DNA of 64,000 nucleotides from the human T2T-CHM13v2.0 reference genome, Homo sapiens, in assembly GCF_009914755.1 (NCBI RefSeq), contig NC_060932.1; one strand, given 5' to 3'. Positions 14,437-27,340 of the stretch are shown here, piece by piece. The notes below the pieces were generated by a model. That model was not told the DNA's origin, ran no database searches, and saw nothing but the letters and a program-made list of their open reading frames with translations. The position numbers and the translations under genes were made by a program. Every line of letters starts with the position of its first letter. Position 1 is the first letter of the stretch.

Positions 14437-16200
14437 ATTTAATGCCCTGATCTTTTTAGTTTTGTTTAAATATATTAAAATATTTTAAATATATATTTTT
14501 ATGTATAATAAAATATATAGAGAAAATAAATATATATTTGTATATACAATAAAAATACATATTTAAAACATGTTTATAATAAAATTATACATTTTATATA
14601 TAATAAAAACATATATTTAAAATGTTTATGTATATATGTTGTACATATTTTAGGATACATGTGATATTTTGATACCTGTATACAATGTGTAATGATCAAA
14701 TCATGGTAATTGGGATATCCATCATCTCAAACACTTATCTTTTCTTTGTGTTGGGAACATTGCAAATCTTCTAACTATTTTGAGGTATACAATAAATTTT
14801 TGTTAACTATAATTTCCCTACTGTACTATCAAATGCTAGAACTTATTTCTTCTATGTAACTGTTTTTGAACCCCTTAACCAACTTCTCTACATTCTACTC
14901 CTTCCCTTCCCATCCTCTGGTAACCACCAATCTACTCTCTACTGTCATGAGATACAGTTTTTTAGTTCCCACATATAAGTGAGAATATGCAATATTTGTC
15001 TATCTGTGCCTGGCTTATTTTGCTTAATGTAATGACTTCCAGTTTTATTCGTGTTGCTATAAATGACAGAATTTCATTCTTTATAGTGAATAATATTCCA
15101 TATTTGTATATATTGTAAAGAATCCACACTTTCTTTATTCATTTCTCTGCTGATGAATATATAAGTTGATCCCATATCTTGGCCATTGTGAATATTGCTG
15201 CAATAAACATGACAATATAGACATCTTTTCAATATAATGATTCCTTTCTTTTGGATATATACACAGTGGTGGGACTGCTGAATTTTATGGGAGTTCTACT
15301 TTTAGTTTTCTGAGGAACCTCCATACTGTTTTCCATAATGGCTGTACTAATTTACATTCCCGTCAACAGTATATAAGTGTTCCCCTTTCTCTGTGTCCTT
15401 ATCAGCTTGTTATATTTTGTTTTGATAATAGCCATTCTGAGCTGAGATGGTATCTCATTGTGGTTTTGATTTGCATTTCCCTAGAGATTAGCAATGTTGA
15501 ACATATTTTCATATATCTGTTGGACATTTGTGTCTTCTTTTGAAAATTGTCTATTCGAATCGTTTTGACTATTTTAAAAATCAGATTTTTTTTTTTTTGC
15601 TGCAGGTTTATTTGAGGTCCTTATATATTCTGATTCTTAATTGTTTGTTAGATGAATGTTTGCATATATTTTCTCTCATTCTGTTGGTTGTGTCTTCACT
15701 TTGTTGATTTTTTCCTTTGCCGTGCAGAAGCTTTTTAGCTTGGTGTAAACCCACTTGCCAACTTTTGCTTTTGTTGCCTATGCTGTTGAATTCTTTACCT
15801 GAAAAATCTTTGCCCACATCAATACCCTGTAGCATGCCTGCAATATTTTCTTTTGGTAGTTTTATAGTTTCAGATCTTTAATGTAAGTCTTTAATCCATT
15901 TGGAGTTGCTCTTGTATATGGTGAAAGATGGGGATCTAGTTTCGTTCTTGAGCAAGTGGATATTCAGTTTTTTCAGCACTTCTTTTTAAAGAGACAACCT
16001 TCTTCCACTGTATATGCTTAGTGCCTCTGTCAGAAATGAATTCGCTATAAGTGCATGGATTCATCTCTCAGTTGTTTATTCTGTTCCATTGGTCTATAAA
16101 TCTGTTTCTATGCCAGTATCATGCTGTTTTGGTTACTATAGCTTTGTAGTATAATTCAAAACTAGGTGATGTGATGCCTCCAACTTTGTTTTTGCTTACA

Positions 16201-16498
16201 GTTTTGTTTCATTTCTGAGATGGGGTTTCAGTCTGTCATCCAGGCTGGAGTGTAGTGATGTGATCATGGCTTACTACAGCCTCAAACTCCTGGGCTCAAG
16301 CTGGGCTGATCCTTCTGCCTCAGCCTCATAAGTAGCTAGAATAACAGGAATATGCCGTCATGCCTGGGTAATCTTTTAAAATTTTTTGTAGAGATGGGGT
16401 CTTACTATATTGCCCAAGGTGGAGTTAAACTCCTGCGTTCCAGCAATTCTTGATCTCCAAAAGGACTAGGATTATAGGAATGAGCCACTGCACCCAGG
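16201..16498 (-). mobile_element. AluJ
   Basis: Diverged dimeric Alu; 'tgatcatggcttactacagcctcaaactcctgggctcaag'. Confidence 0.9.
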
Positions 16499-16856
16499 TA
16501 GTTCTCAGGATTTTATTAGCTATGTGGGGTCTTTTGTAGTTCCATATGGATTTTAGAATTTTTTTTTCTATTTTTATAAAAAAAAGTCATTGGTATTTTG
16601 AGAGGGATTGCATTGAATCTGTAGATTGCTTTGGGTAGTATGAACATTTAAACAATATTAATTCTTCCAATCCATGAATATGGGATATCTTTTCATATGT
16701 TTGTGTTCTATTTAATTTCTTTCCAATAATTTCCTTTGTGGAGATCCTTCCACTTCTTTGGTTAAAGTTGTTCCTAGGTATTTTATTTTATTTTTCGTAG
16801 CTATTAACAATGGGATAGTTTTCTTGATTTCTTTTTCAGACTGATTGTAGTTAGTG

Positions 16857-17091
16857 TATATACACAGTGGTGGGACTGCTGAATTTTATGGGAGTTCTAT
16901 TTTTAGTTTTCTGAGGAACCTCCATACTGTTTTCCATAATGGCTGTACTAATTTTCATTCCTGTCAACAGTATGTAAGTGTTCCCCTTTCTCTGTGTCCT
17001 TATCAGCTTGTTATATTTTGTTTTGATAATAGCCATTCTGAGCTGAGATGGTATCTCATTGTGGTTTTGATTTGCATTTCTCTAGAGATTA
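16857..17091 (+). repeat. 235-bp direct copy of 15256-15490
   Basis: Base-by-base comparison shows 5 mismatches, no indels and an offset of 1601 bp. Confidence 0.95.
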
Positions 17092-17405
17092 ACTACTCAT
17101 TTTTGTATTTTGATTTTAAATCCTGCAATTTACTGAATTCGCTTATCATTTCTAAGAGTTTTCTTTTGGTGGAGTCTTTAGTTGATTCTAAATATAAGAT
17201 TATGTCATCTGCAAACAGGGGTAGTTGGACTTCTTCCTCTCCAATTTAAATGCTCTTTATTTTTTTGCTTGTGTAGTTTCTCTGTTTGCAATATAAATGT
17301 TGAATATAAGTGCTGAAAATAAGCATCCTTTTACTTTTCCAGATCTTAGTGGGAGAGCTTTTAGTTTTTCCCCATTAACATACCACAGTATGATATTACA
17401 TGTGG

Positions 17406-17441
<36 letters not shown>

Positions 17442-18282
17442 ATCATGTTGAACTATGTTCCTTCTATAGCCAATTTGTTGGAAGTTTTCATCATGAAGAG
17501 ATGTTGAATTTTATCAAATGTTTTCTCCACATCTACTGGAATGACCATATGGTTTTTGTTCTTGATTCTGGTGATGTGATGTATCATGTTTATTAATTTG
17601 TATATGTTGAACAATCCTTACATTTCTGAAATGAGTCCACTTGATCATGGTGCATTTTTTAATGTGTTGTTTGATTTGATCTGCTACTATTTTATTTAGG
17701 ATTTTTCATATATGTTCATCAGAGATACTGTCTTGTAGTTTGTGTATGTGTGTCCTTGTCTGCTTTTCATATCAGGTAAATGGCTTTGTAGAATGAGTTT
17801 AGAAGTGTTACTTTTCTTCAGTTTTTTGAAATAGTTTGAGTAAAATTGGTATTAATCATTATTTAGACGTTTGATAAAATTCAATAGGGAATCCATCAGG
17901 TCCTGGGCTTTTCTTTGATGGGAGACTTTATTATTTCTTTAATCTCATTACTTGTTATTGGTCTGTTCAGGTTTTCTATTTCTTCATGGTTCAATCTTAA
18001 GAAATTTTATATGTCCAGGAATGATTCATTTCTTCTAGGTTTTACAATCTGTTGGCTTATAATTTGGCTTATAATTAATTATACTAGTATCTAATGATAC
18101 TTTGTTTTCTCTGGTATCAGTTGTAATGTTTTCTTTTGTGTCTGATTTTATTTATTTGAGTTTTCTCTCTTTTTTCATAGTCTAGCTATAGGTTTGGCAA
18201 TTTTGTTTATTTTTTCAAAAAAAATTTGTTTTATTGATTTTTTAATATTTTTTGTTTCGATTTAATTTTTTATTCTCCAATC

Positions 18283-18614
18283 TGTTTGTTTGTTTATTTA
18301 TTTATTTATTTATTTATTTGAGACAAGGTCTTGCTCTATTGCCCAGGTTGGAGTGCAGTGTGCATTGGCACAATCGTGGCTCACTGCAGCCTTGACCTCC
18401 CAGGCTGAAGTAATCCTCCTGTATCAGCCTCCCAAGTAGCTGAGACTACAGGCTAGCACAACTATGCCCAGCTAATTTTTGTAATTTTTTTTTTTGTAAA
18501 GATGAGCTTTTGCCATGTTGCTTGGGCTGGTCTCGAACTCCTAGCCTCAAGCAATTAACCTGCCTCAGCCTCCCAAAGTGCTAGAATTACAGGCATGAGC
18601 CACAGTGCCCCACC
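18283..18614 (-). mobile_element. AluJ with (TTTA)n tail
   Basis: 'gagacaaggtcttgctctattgcccagg...ctcactgcagccttgacctcc'. Confidence 0.9.
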
Positions 18615-19171
18615 TTACTTCTGTTCCAATGTTTATTATTTTTTCTTTTACTAATTTTGCATTTGGTTTGCTCTTGCTTTTCTAGTGCCTAGAGGTGCAT
18701 CATTAGATTGTTTATTTGAAGTCTTTCTATTTTTTATGTAAGTGTTTATTGCTATAAACTTTCCTTTTAGTAGTAATTTTTCTGTATGTACAAGTTCTGG
18801 TTTGTTATTAGTTATTTTAGCTAAGAACATTGCTATCTAAAATAAAATCAAATTGTTTTATTTTTCTGTCAATATTACTGACCCATTATTTCAAAAAATA
18901 GTTGATATAGGATGACTCTAGAATAAAGGATAATACTTAAGTGTTTTGGTTCGCATTTCTTCAAATATTTTCTCCCATCATATATATTAATACAGCTCCA
19001 ATGCAAATCGATAATTCCATATTATCCAGGTAATAGTTTGGGATGCTATTTGTGATAATTCAAGCTTAAAAATTTAAGAAATTTCAAAGATAGATTTTGA
19101 TATTTGAGCCAATTTATATACAGTCTATTAATTGAGCAGTAATTATTTTAATTGCATGTTACCATAGTAAT

Positions 19172-19295
19172 ATTATATATACACACATGTATATATGTGT
19201 GTATATATATGTGTCTATGTATATGTATGTATGTATACACACATATATATACACACATATATACATGTGTGTCTATATATATAGACACACATACT
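19172..19295. repeat. Compound (TA)/(CA)/(TG) microsatellite
   Basis: Alternating purine-pyrimidine run read directly. Confidence 0.85.
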
Positions 19296-20629
19296 TACTT
19301 TATTGATAATTATTTACTGAACCAAAGCAACTTACACTATTCCTTAATTTTTTAATGTTATATCATATAACACTTCATAACATATGTTAAGTTTATATAG
19401 TATTCCATTTAAACAATGTTTAAAACAGCTTTTATTTTTAATATTCATGATACTAACACTATAGAGAAGGTGAAAAAATAAAGAAGGAAATAGAATATAT
19501 ATTTTAATTTTTCTGTGGAAATTAGCCACTTTCCCTACAAAACTGATAGTTGTATTGGTAGCAATTGACCAACATCTCTTTGCTCTGGGTTAAAAACTGA
19601 ATGCAGACCTAAGTGTTTCAGCAGACAATATGAGATGTTTTATATTTTCTCTTACCTTAGAAGATAAGTATCTCTACTCCAAATTATTAGAGGCTTTTTA
19701 ATAGGAAGTTGATAGGCATCTGGCCTAAGCCATTTTTATATAAAATATAATTTCAAATCCTGTGCTATATGTATGGTTTTCCTACATTTTTGTTTTGCAG
19801 ATGAATGCAAATACACTCACACACATACAATATTTCTCAATGCATGGCATAAATTTAAAATAAAACAAGAATTTATCAAATTGTAAGTATCATTAACCTA
19901 TGTAATGTATCCTGATATCCGTACCTAGTTTATTTTCTAAAAGAATTTTGGCCACAAGTCAGCACTGTAATGACAAAATAAATTAATGTAGATGTCCAGA
20001 GTGTAATCTGAAAGATGATACCCTCAATAGCACAGTGCCAAACTATACGGACTCCAATATCAGGAGGCCTCCACAGCAACATGTGAACCTCTTCTCTAAA
20101 AACGTTACAACAATAGTAATTTTGCCTTTATTACTGTGAACATTTATTTAACATCTAGGATACTGTAGTTCTATGATGATAAAGGCTGTGCCTTTATTTA
20201 GGGGGATACTTTATCATTTTCAAAACTTATAAGCACTCAATTAATATTTGTTGAAGGAATCTTTGATTCTTTTCTTTCTCCCACCAACTACATATAATTA
20301 TTCATTAAATCTTGCCTGTTATTTATTCAAAATATATATGAATCTGTTCTTTTTCTTTCATTTCCAGTATTACCATCCTAATCGACATTATTTTCACTTG
20401 TCCATTGCAACTGTTTCCCAAATGATCTTAGTGGTCTCATTCTTGGCCTTTCTCAACTCTTTTTCTAATCATCAGAATGCTATTAAAACATAAAATTGAT
20501 CTCAAGCACTCCAGTGTCTTTGCACTGCAAGTGCACAAATACCTAAACTATTCAATGTGGCTACTATGTTCAATATAATCTGATTTTTACCTGCATCAGC
20601 TAGTTTTTGATCCATAGAAAATCCATTAA

Positions 20630-21092
20630 AAATTACCCTAGAGCACATTGGCTGAGAACAACATTTTTTGAGTTCACAACACTGTTTTTGCTAAGTTGGG
20701 CTGGGTTCACAGAGGAGGCTCTGCTGATCTGACGCAGGTTCATTTCCTCTTGGCTAGGGCTCCCTCCTGCGTCTGTGGCCAGCTGGGGGCTAACTGACTG
20801 TGAGCTGGAGCAGCTAGTTTTCCTCCACATGGACTTCATCTTTCAGCGTGGCAGCCAGTCCTTTTCACACGGTTTTCAGTCAGAGGGAGTAGAATTGTGC
20901 AAAGCTACGTTTGGAAATGTTACAACACTTCCTCTGTATTCTATGCCCAAAGAAAGTAAAAAGTCAGGCCAGATTAAAGGGTTTAGAAATAGACTTCACT
21001 TATTTATGAGAGGTGCTGGAAAGTCACATTGCAAAGCAGCCTGGGCACAGAGAGAGGAATGATCTTACACATTTTTGCAAACAATTTGCTGC
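20630..21092 (-). mobile_element. Old MLT1 (MaLR) LTR inserted in an L2 remnant
   Basis: Antisense MLT1-like motifs 'gctgggctgggttcac', 'cctccacatggacttcatc' and 'aaatagacttcacttatttatgagaggtgctggaaagtcacattgcaaag'. The flanks (20250-20600, 21090-21580) look like L2. Confidence 0.65.
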
Positions 21093-23413
21093 ATTATCCA
21101 AATCTCTTACCTGTTTGTCCCTCACGCTTGACTATCAGTCACCTCTTGCAAACTTGCTTCTGGCCACACTGGCCTTATTTCTATTCTTCCAAAAGGCAAT
21201 CCCATTTCTAGCTGGATTGTCTTTGACCAAGTTTTACCCTCTGCCTAGAGCACCATTTCTCGAGACTGTCACACAACTGGCTCATCTCATTCAGGGTCAA
21301 GATCCGATATCCCTTTAACTCACCACTTGACAAAGACTTTCAGTTTTTTTCTGATAGCTAAAACCTATGATACAAACTCCTCCAGTCTGAAGGGTAAAAA
21401 GAGAAATCTAAAAATCATTATTAAAACATCAACCACTATACATAATACACTGGCTCTAGGATCATCAATTCCATCAGACTGTCAACTATTTGAGGACAAG
21501 GACTGAGCACATCAACACCAAAGCTTCACACATACACCCCTACCTGGTAGTTATTTAATACATGTTTACTGCCTGAATTTTTAAAGCCAACCTACACAAT
21601 TACTTCAGACTTGAAGCAATTATTTCAGGAAACATTACTTTAGGGAAAAAAAATAATTCCCTGATACTGTCAAGAGTTAAAGTACAAATGAATTTAGGGC
21701 TCGCCTTGACAATCAGAAACCCTTTGTGAGCATCTGCTGGGACTTGGCTGTTTAATTATCCTTTTCCTCCCACAAGAGGAGAAGGTAATTACAAACTCCT
21801 GTGCTTAATTACGAGCCTGGCGCCCAGTGCGTCTGGTCCTGTTCCTGCATCTATCGCAATGCATCGCTGCTTTTGCTAAGAGAATTGTGTGAGGAACCAG
21901 AGCTGTTGTTTCATTTTCCTCACTAAGTTATGGAAAAAAATCACGGTACTGTGTTGCCTTCAAAGTGTGGACGTCAGCCACCTACCCCTGCGTGCTATCT
22001 TGTCTCTCTGCGTCGCTCTTCTTTGGAGTACCATTAAAATAAAGAGTCATAGCAAGACTTCTCTTGTTTTAATTTTTATTCTCTATTTTTGTTTTTAGTG
22101 TTTGATGGAGATAAATCTGGACTTCATCCATAAATATGGCAAACACATATGCCCAATTCATGGCTTCTCTTTATTTCTCCTTCTGGATTTCTGACAGTGA
22201 CCTCAAACTTAACATGTTCAATTCCAAATTTAGTATCTTCCACCCCAAACCTGCCTCTTCATCTTCTGTAATCTCTACCTCATTTAATACTAACCCCTCC
22301 TCACAATATGGCTGCAATAAAACGTTCCCATCTCAAATGGGGCTGCTTCCTACAGTCCTTCAGCCGAAGTCGTTTACTCACTACTCCTAAACAGCATGCT
22401 CTTCTTGGGCAAAGCTGCATAACTAACACGGCAGAACAAGCATTTGTTAGGGTACCAGTAAATAAGGACACGGAGATTTGTAAAGATACTGTCTTCCAAA
22501 AAGAAAGCATCCCAATAGTCATTATGGAAGGACTATGAAAAAAATGCTTGAGTTTCTTTGCCTATATTTAAACAGATTGGCATTAATATGTTGTGAAATA
22601 CCTGAATTGAAGAGATTGACACAAAAATGTTTCAGTATTGACAGCTGCTGAAATGATTTAGCTGATTTTGTTTCTGGGATCCCCCTACCTTCTTTCTGAA
22701 TCTGATGAAATCTTCTTTCTTCATGAAAAATAGCACCTCCTCTAGCGAAGCTGCCCTGACCCCCGAGGTAACTGCTGCTATGTCCTCTCTGCCTCAGCAC
22801 AAGTAGGCTGCATCTTTGCTGCAGCAGTTACCCTTCTCTCATGGCAGGGCCCCATAACATTCATCTCTGTGTCCTTTCTGCTCAGGCTGAGTGCAGTCTG
22901 GCACATAATTAGAAACTTACAAATATTAACAAGTAAATGTTTATGAAGGTCACACATTCCTTTTTCATTTCATATGGAAAATAAATATCTAACATACAAT
23001 CACTCAAGCAGTAAGTTAAGTTTGCAGCCAAACAAACTGACTTTCTGCTAAGTGAGTGACATCATCTGCTTCTTAAAAACAGAACACATTAGAATGTGCA
23101 AAATATAGCCTGAAATATTACTATAAATTTTTTTAAAACCCAGTATTCATTAACTGGACAGTGCTGGCTAAAAGTAGTATAGAATCTAGAATTTGTAAGT
23201 TTACTAAGAATAAATCAATGGCATTTTGTTAACATGGGGCCATTTAAAAAAATTAATTCTACCCTGAAAACCTTGTTAAGCCTTATTGCTTAGTATCCAT
23301 TTATCATGCCTTTTATTAATTTATCTATTACTTAAAATATATTTATTAATTATGTACCATGGTCAAGAAATTATTGTATATGCTGAGGATAAATTCTTTA
23401 AAGTAATTAAACA

Positions 23414-23514
23414 CAGTAGTCTCTTCTTATACATACAGGCAACCTTTTAAGACCCCCAGAGGATGCCCAAAACTACCTTGGAATGTTTCATTTATGGATA
23501 AGGGGGGACAACTA
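23414..23514. mobile_element. Short internally deleted MER44 (Tigger7-derived MITE)
   Basis: TIR-like ends 'cagtagtctcttcttata' and 'tatggataaggggggacaacta', with internal 'aagacccccagaggatgcc'. Confidence 0.7.
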
Positions 23515-23748
23515 TATCTACCAGGAATGCCAACCTCATCAACTTTTCACCTTGCCAATTGAGCTGTTAATCATTAATTCAGACACCATCTACCTCACTT
23601 AAGAAATCCATCCTCAGCACTTCTCTCCCTATCTTTATTCTGCCTATTATAGTTGCATCCCAGCACTTATAATATTGTATTGTCATAGTCCATTAAATTG
23701 TCTTGTAATTCAAGTTCAAAAATTCCTTGAAAGAAGAGCTAGATGATA

Positions 23749-24045
23749 CAAATAGTCCCCACTTAACCTCTATCATAGGTATGCATGTGAAGAAAAATAC
23801 ATAGTATATATAGAGAGTTCGGTATCATATCTATAAGAAAGTTTAATTTACAAATCAGATACAGAAAGATTAACAACTAAAACTAATAATAAAATAAAAT
23901 AATTATAAAAGTATGTTGTAATAAAAGCTATGTAAATGTGGTCTCTTTCTCTCTTTCAAAGTATCCTAATATTTTCAGACTGTGGCTGACTGCCAGTAAC
24001 TGAAACCATGTAACGTGGAAACCATGGATAAGGGGGGACTATGTG
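23749..24045. mobile_element. MER44A-like (TcMar-Tigger) element
   Basis: TIRs 'caaatagtccccacttaacc' and 'ggataaggggggactatg', with internal 'agattaacaactaaaactaataataaaat...taactgaaacc'. Confidence 0.8.
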
Positions 24046-25011
24046 TATCATATAGCTCTTCTTTCAAGGGATCTTTTAACTTGGATTATAAGGTGGAATT
24101 TAATAGACTATGATAATACAGTGAGGCTCCATCACTGAACAGCTTATGTGGCATTCTTAGAGTTTCTTCCTTGTGCTTTGTATTAGTTTCCAATAAAAGG
24201 TTAAAAACCACTGGCTGAATTGTAATTAAGCTACAAGAGTTGAAGCTCTGGGCCAAGAAGAGTGCTTGGAGCAGGATCACAAACTGGCAGTTCAGTTTGT
24301 GAAATCAATGCAATAAACCTATATGCTTGATTTAACCCATAAGATACTCGTAATTCATTAGAACTGAGTGATAACTTTTTTCCCCATGTTTATTTACCCT
24401 TTGCAATATATCCTTGGAAGTCATCACTCTCAGTCTATTAAAATTTCCATTCTATTTTATAGCTCCGATAGTCTACTATGTGGATAAACACAGTTTCTTT
24501 AATCATTCTCCTGAATATTGATTTTCCAATATTTTCCTATTATAACCAATGTCACAATTAATAACCTTGCACATATGTTGTTTTGTATTTGAGAAGGTAT
24601 ATTTTAGGATAAATTATTGGAGCTAAGACTGCTGTGTTAAAAGGTAAAGGCATATGTAATTTTGCTAGATGTCACCAAATTCCCCTCTGTACAGGTGAAA
24701 ATTTTGCATTCCCACAGCAGCCTGTGGAGACGTGAGAAATGGTAGTGCTATAATTTTATTACTCCCTTTATTTTATCAAAAGTAAATTTGGGCATCTTTT
24801 CATATATTTAAGTCTACTTGTGTAATTTTTGCAACTGGCCAATTCATATATTTTACTCATTTTTTTTTCTTTTTTCTTTTTGTTTTTGCAGACACTTATT
24901 TTAGAAGTTTTATTGATGTATAACATTATACACTGAAATACATAAATAGTAATTTTTTGGCTCAAATTTTTAGAAAACATCAGAGAAAAAATACTGTATG
25001 TACATATGTAT

Positions 25012-25314
25012 GTTATTTACTTATTTATTTATTTATTTTGAGACAGCGTTTCACTTGTCACCCAGGCTGCAGTGCAGTGGCATGATCTTGGCTCACTGTC
25101 ACCTCCGCCTCCTGGGTTCAAGTGATTCTCCTGCCTCAGTCTCCTGAGTAGCTGGGATTACAGCCATGCGCCACCATGCCCAGCTTTGTATTTTTAGTAG
25201 AGACGTAGGTTTCACCATGTTGGTCAGGTTGGTCTCGAACTCCTGACCTCATGATCTGCCCACCTCAGCCCCCCAAAGTGCTGGGATTACAGGCGTGAGC
25301 CACTGCACCCGGCC
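25012..25314 (-). mobile_element. AluS
   Basis: Full antisense Alu with a (TTTA)n tail. Confidence 0.95.
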
Positions 25315-25520
25315 TATTTTTATTTTTTATTGTGTTTTCTTTATTCCTGATGTTCTAAGATTTCTTCTTTTATCATTTCCTTTCTTTTGAGAGAACGTTC
25401 TTTAGTTTGTAGGATAGGTCTGTGTGTGACAAATTCTATTAGTTTTCCTTCATATGAAAATGTCTCGATTTTTCCTTCATTCCTGAAGGATATTTTTATT
25501 AGGTAAATGATTAAGGACTG

Positions 25521-25874
25521 TATATTAGTCCATTTTTATGCTGCTGATAAAGACATATTCGTGACTGGCAAGAAAAAGAGGTGTAATTGGACCTAAGTTC
25601 CACATGGCTGGGGAGGCCTCAGAATCATGACGGGAGGTGAAAGGCACTTCTTAACATGGCGGTGGCAAGAGAAAATAAGGAAGGTGCAAAAGCAGAAAAC
25701 CCTGATAAAAATCATCACCTCTTGTGAGATTTATTCACTACCCCGAGAAGAGTCTGGGGAAAACTGCCCCCCGATTCAAACTATCTCCCACCGGTCCCTC
25801 CCACAGCACATGGAGATTATGGGAGTACAATTCAAGATGAGATTTTGGGGGAGACACAGAGGCAAAACATATCA
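25521..25874 (-). mobile_element. THE1A/B solo LTR (MaLR)
   Basis: Runs 'tatattagtccatttttatgctgctgataaagac...aaaacatatca', with a 5-bp TSD GACTG on both sides. Confidence 0.92.
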
Positions 25875-27258
25875 GACTGTAACTTTTTTTTTTCAGCTGT
25901 TAAAAAATTTTGTGTTTTCTTTATGCCTTCATGTTTTCTGATGGGATATGTGTTGTCCTTTGAATTGTTTCTTGCATAAGGAAAAATTTCTCACTGATTT
26001 CAAGATTTTTCTTTGTCTTTTATCTTCCTTTGTCTTTTTCTTCTTTTTTGGAAGAATTGGTGCATATCATTACTACTTAGTACTCAATTACATGTGCACA
26101 CCTAACTGAAAGGGAGGCTAGAAAATGCCATCCAATTCTGTGACCAGCAAGAAGTCAGTCTTGCTGGATATCCAGCCAGCCTTTCTACACTATGGTGCAG
26201 TAACTTATGAGCCTTGTTTCTCTTCCATACCTAACTTGCAAGTCTTCAATCTTTAATCTATAAAGCCATTAATTTTCTTTTCTCATGGGATGGGGCTTCT
26301 CATGCTGCTAGAAAAAAAAAATCATGTTTTGACTAAGCAGTGCTTCTAAAACCTTTTGACCACCAACCTCAGCTACCCATTGTGGATTCACTTCATTCAT
26401 GTGAAGTTCAAATCACTGTTCTTAATTACAGAGCAGCCTTCCATGCAGTCATCCAGAGATCAGTGGTGTTAATGTAGATAATCAGTTTTGTTGAGAAAAT
26501 GAATGTGAAAGAGTGTGGAGATGCCAATTTTTGGTCAGAGTGGGTTCTACATGCCTATGAAGCACCCTGCGTAAGCATAAGCCCACATCATAAACAAAAG
26601 AGAGAAAGCAGAGGGACATTGGGAGAACTGAACAGAGAAGCAAGAACTAAAAAGAAGATAAACGAGTATCACATTTTCTAAAATAAGTATACATTGCTAA
26701 TTATTTCTGAAAGAGGAAAGAAACCATATTTGAAAAATTTCTAGAAGAAAAGCTGTTGACTGAAAAGGAAAAGGACAATACAATGATTGAAAAATGTAAG
26801 ACATAATTATCATTTTTCATATAAAACTCTTCTTTAAATATGTGAACCAGCAGCAGGCCAACATTAATTGGAAATGATTCAACTGAATAGATCATTTGTA
26901 TAAGAAAGGTAGGGCTAATGAAGCCAGTGTGATTTTAACTATTTGTTACTAAGTTTCCCAAAAAGCCAGTTCTGAGAGGTAAGAGCTTAAAGTAAATGTA
27001 TCCAGTTACTCTTAACGGAAAATGTAACAGTTTAAACTCTGAATAAGTAGGAGTCATGCTTTTGTTTTCAGGTTTTTGTTAAATGGCTGTATTAGTTATT
27101 TGTTCATTCTAGTTCCCTATCACAATATTGGAAAGTTTTGACATTTTGATCTATGATTCATTTTTTTCTTACAGATAAAACATATCTTTTTTTAAGTAGG
27201 CATTTTTGTAGGTTGCACTTAGTTTAACATAGCAATCATGGCAAAGTGGGTGTAGGCA

Positions 27259-27340
27259 TGAGATTGAATCACATCTTTGATATACCACTGTCAGCACATA
27301 CATCTGAACAGTGGGATATCAAAGATGTGACTCAATCTCA
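27259..27340. repeat. Inverted repeat: about 36-bp arms with a 9-nt loop
   Basis: Left arm tgagattgaatcacatctttgatataccactgtcag versus the reverse complement of the right arm, tgagattgagtcacatctttgatatcccactgttcag: 2 mismatches and 1 indel. Confidence 0.9.

Larger units (their letters stand above)
14620..18800 (-). mobile_element. L1MA-type element (3' UTR plus ORF2, about 3.5 kb), interrupted by two AluJ and an internal duplication
   Basis: 3' end 'tacatgtgatattttgatacctgtatacaatgtgtaatgatcaaatc' typical of mid-age L1MA, followed by continuous antisense ORF2. Peptides such as LQGIDVGKDF and MENSMEVPQK appear in the ORF track. Confidence 0.9.

Noticed and set aside
14460-14640. AT-rich quasi-palindromic stretch
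   Set aside because: Low-complexity decay of an L1 tail, with no long true palindrome.
22308-22538. 76-aa ATG-initiated ORF in unique-looking sequence
   Set aside because: No recognisable domain, splice context or promoter. The length is within chance expectation.
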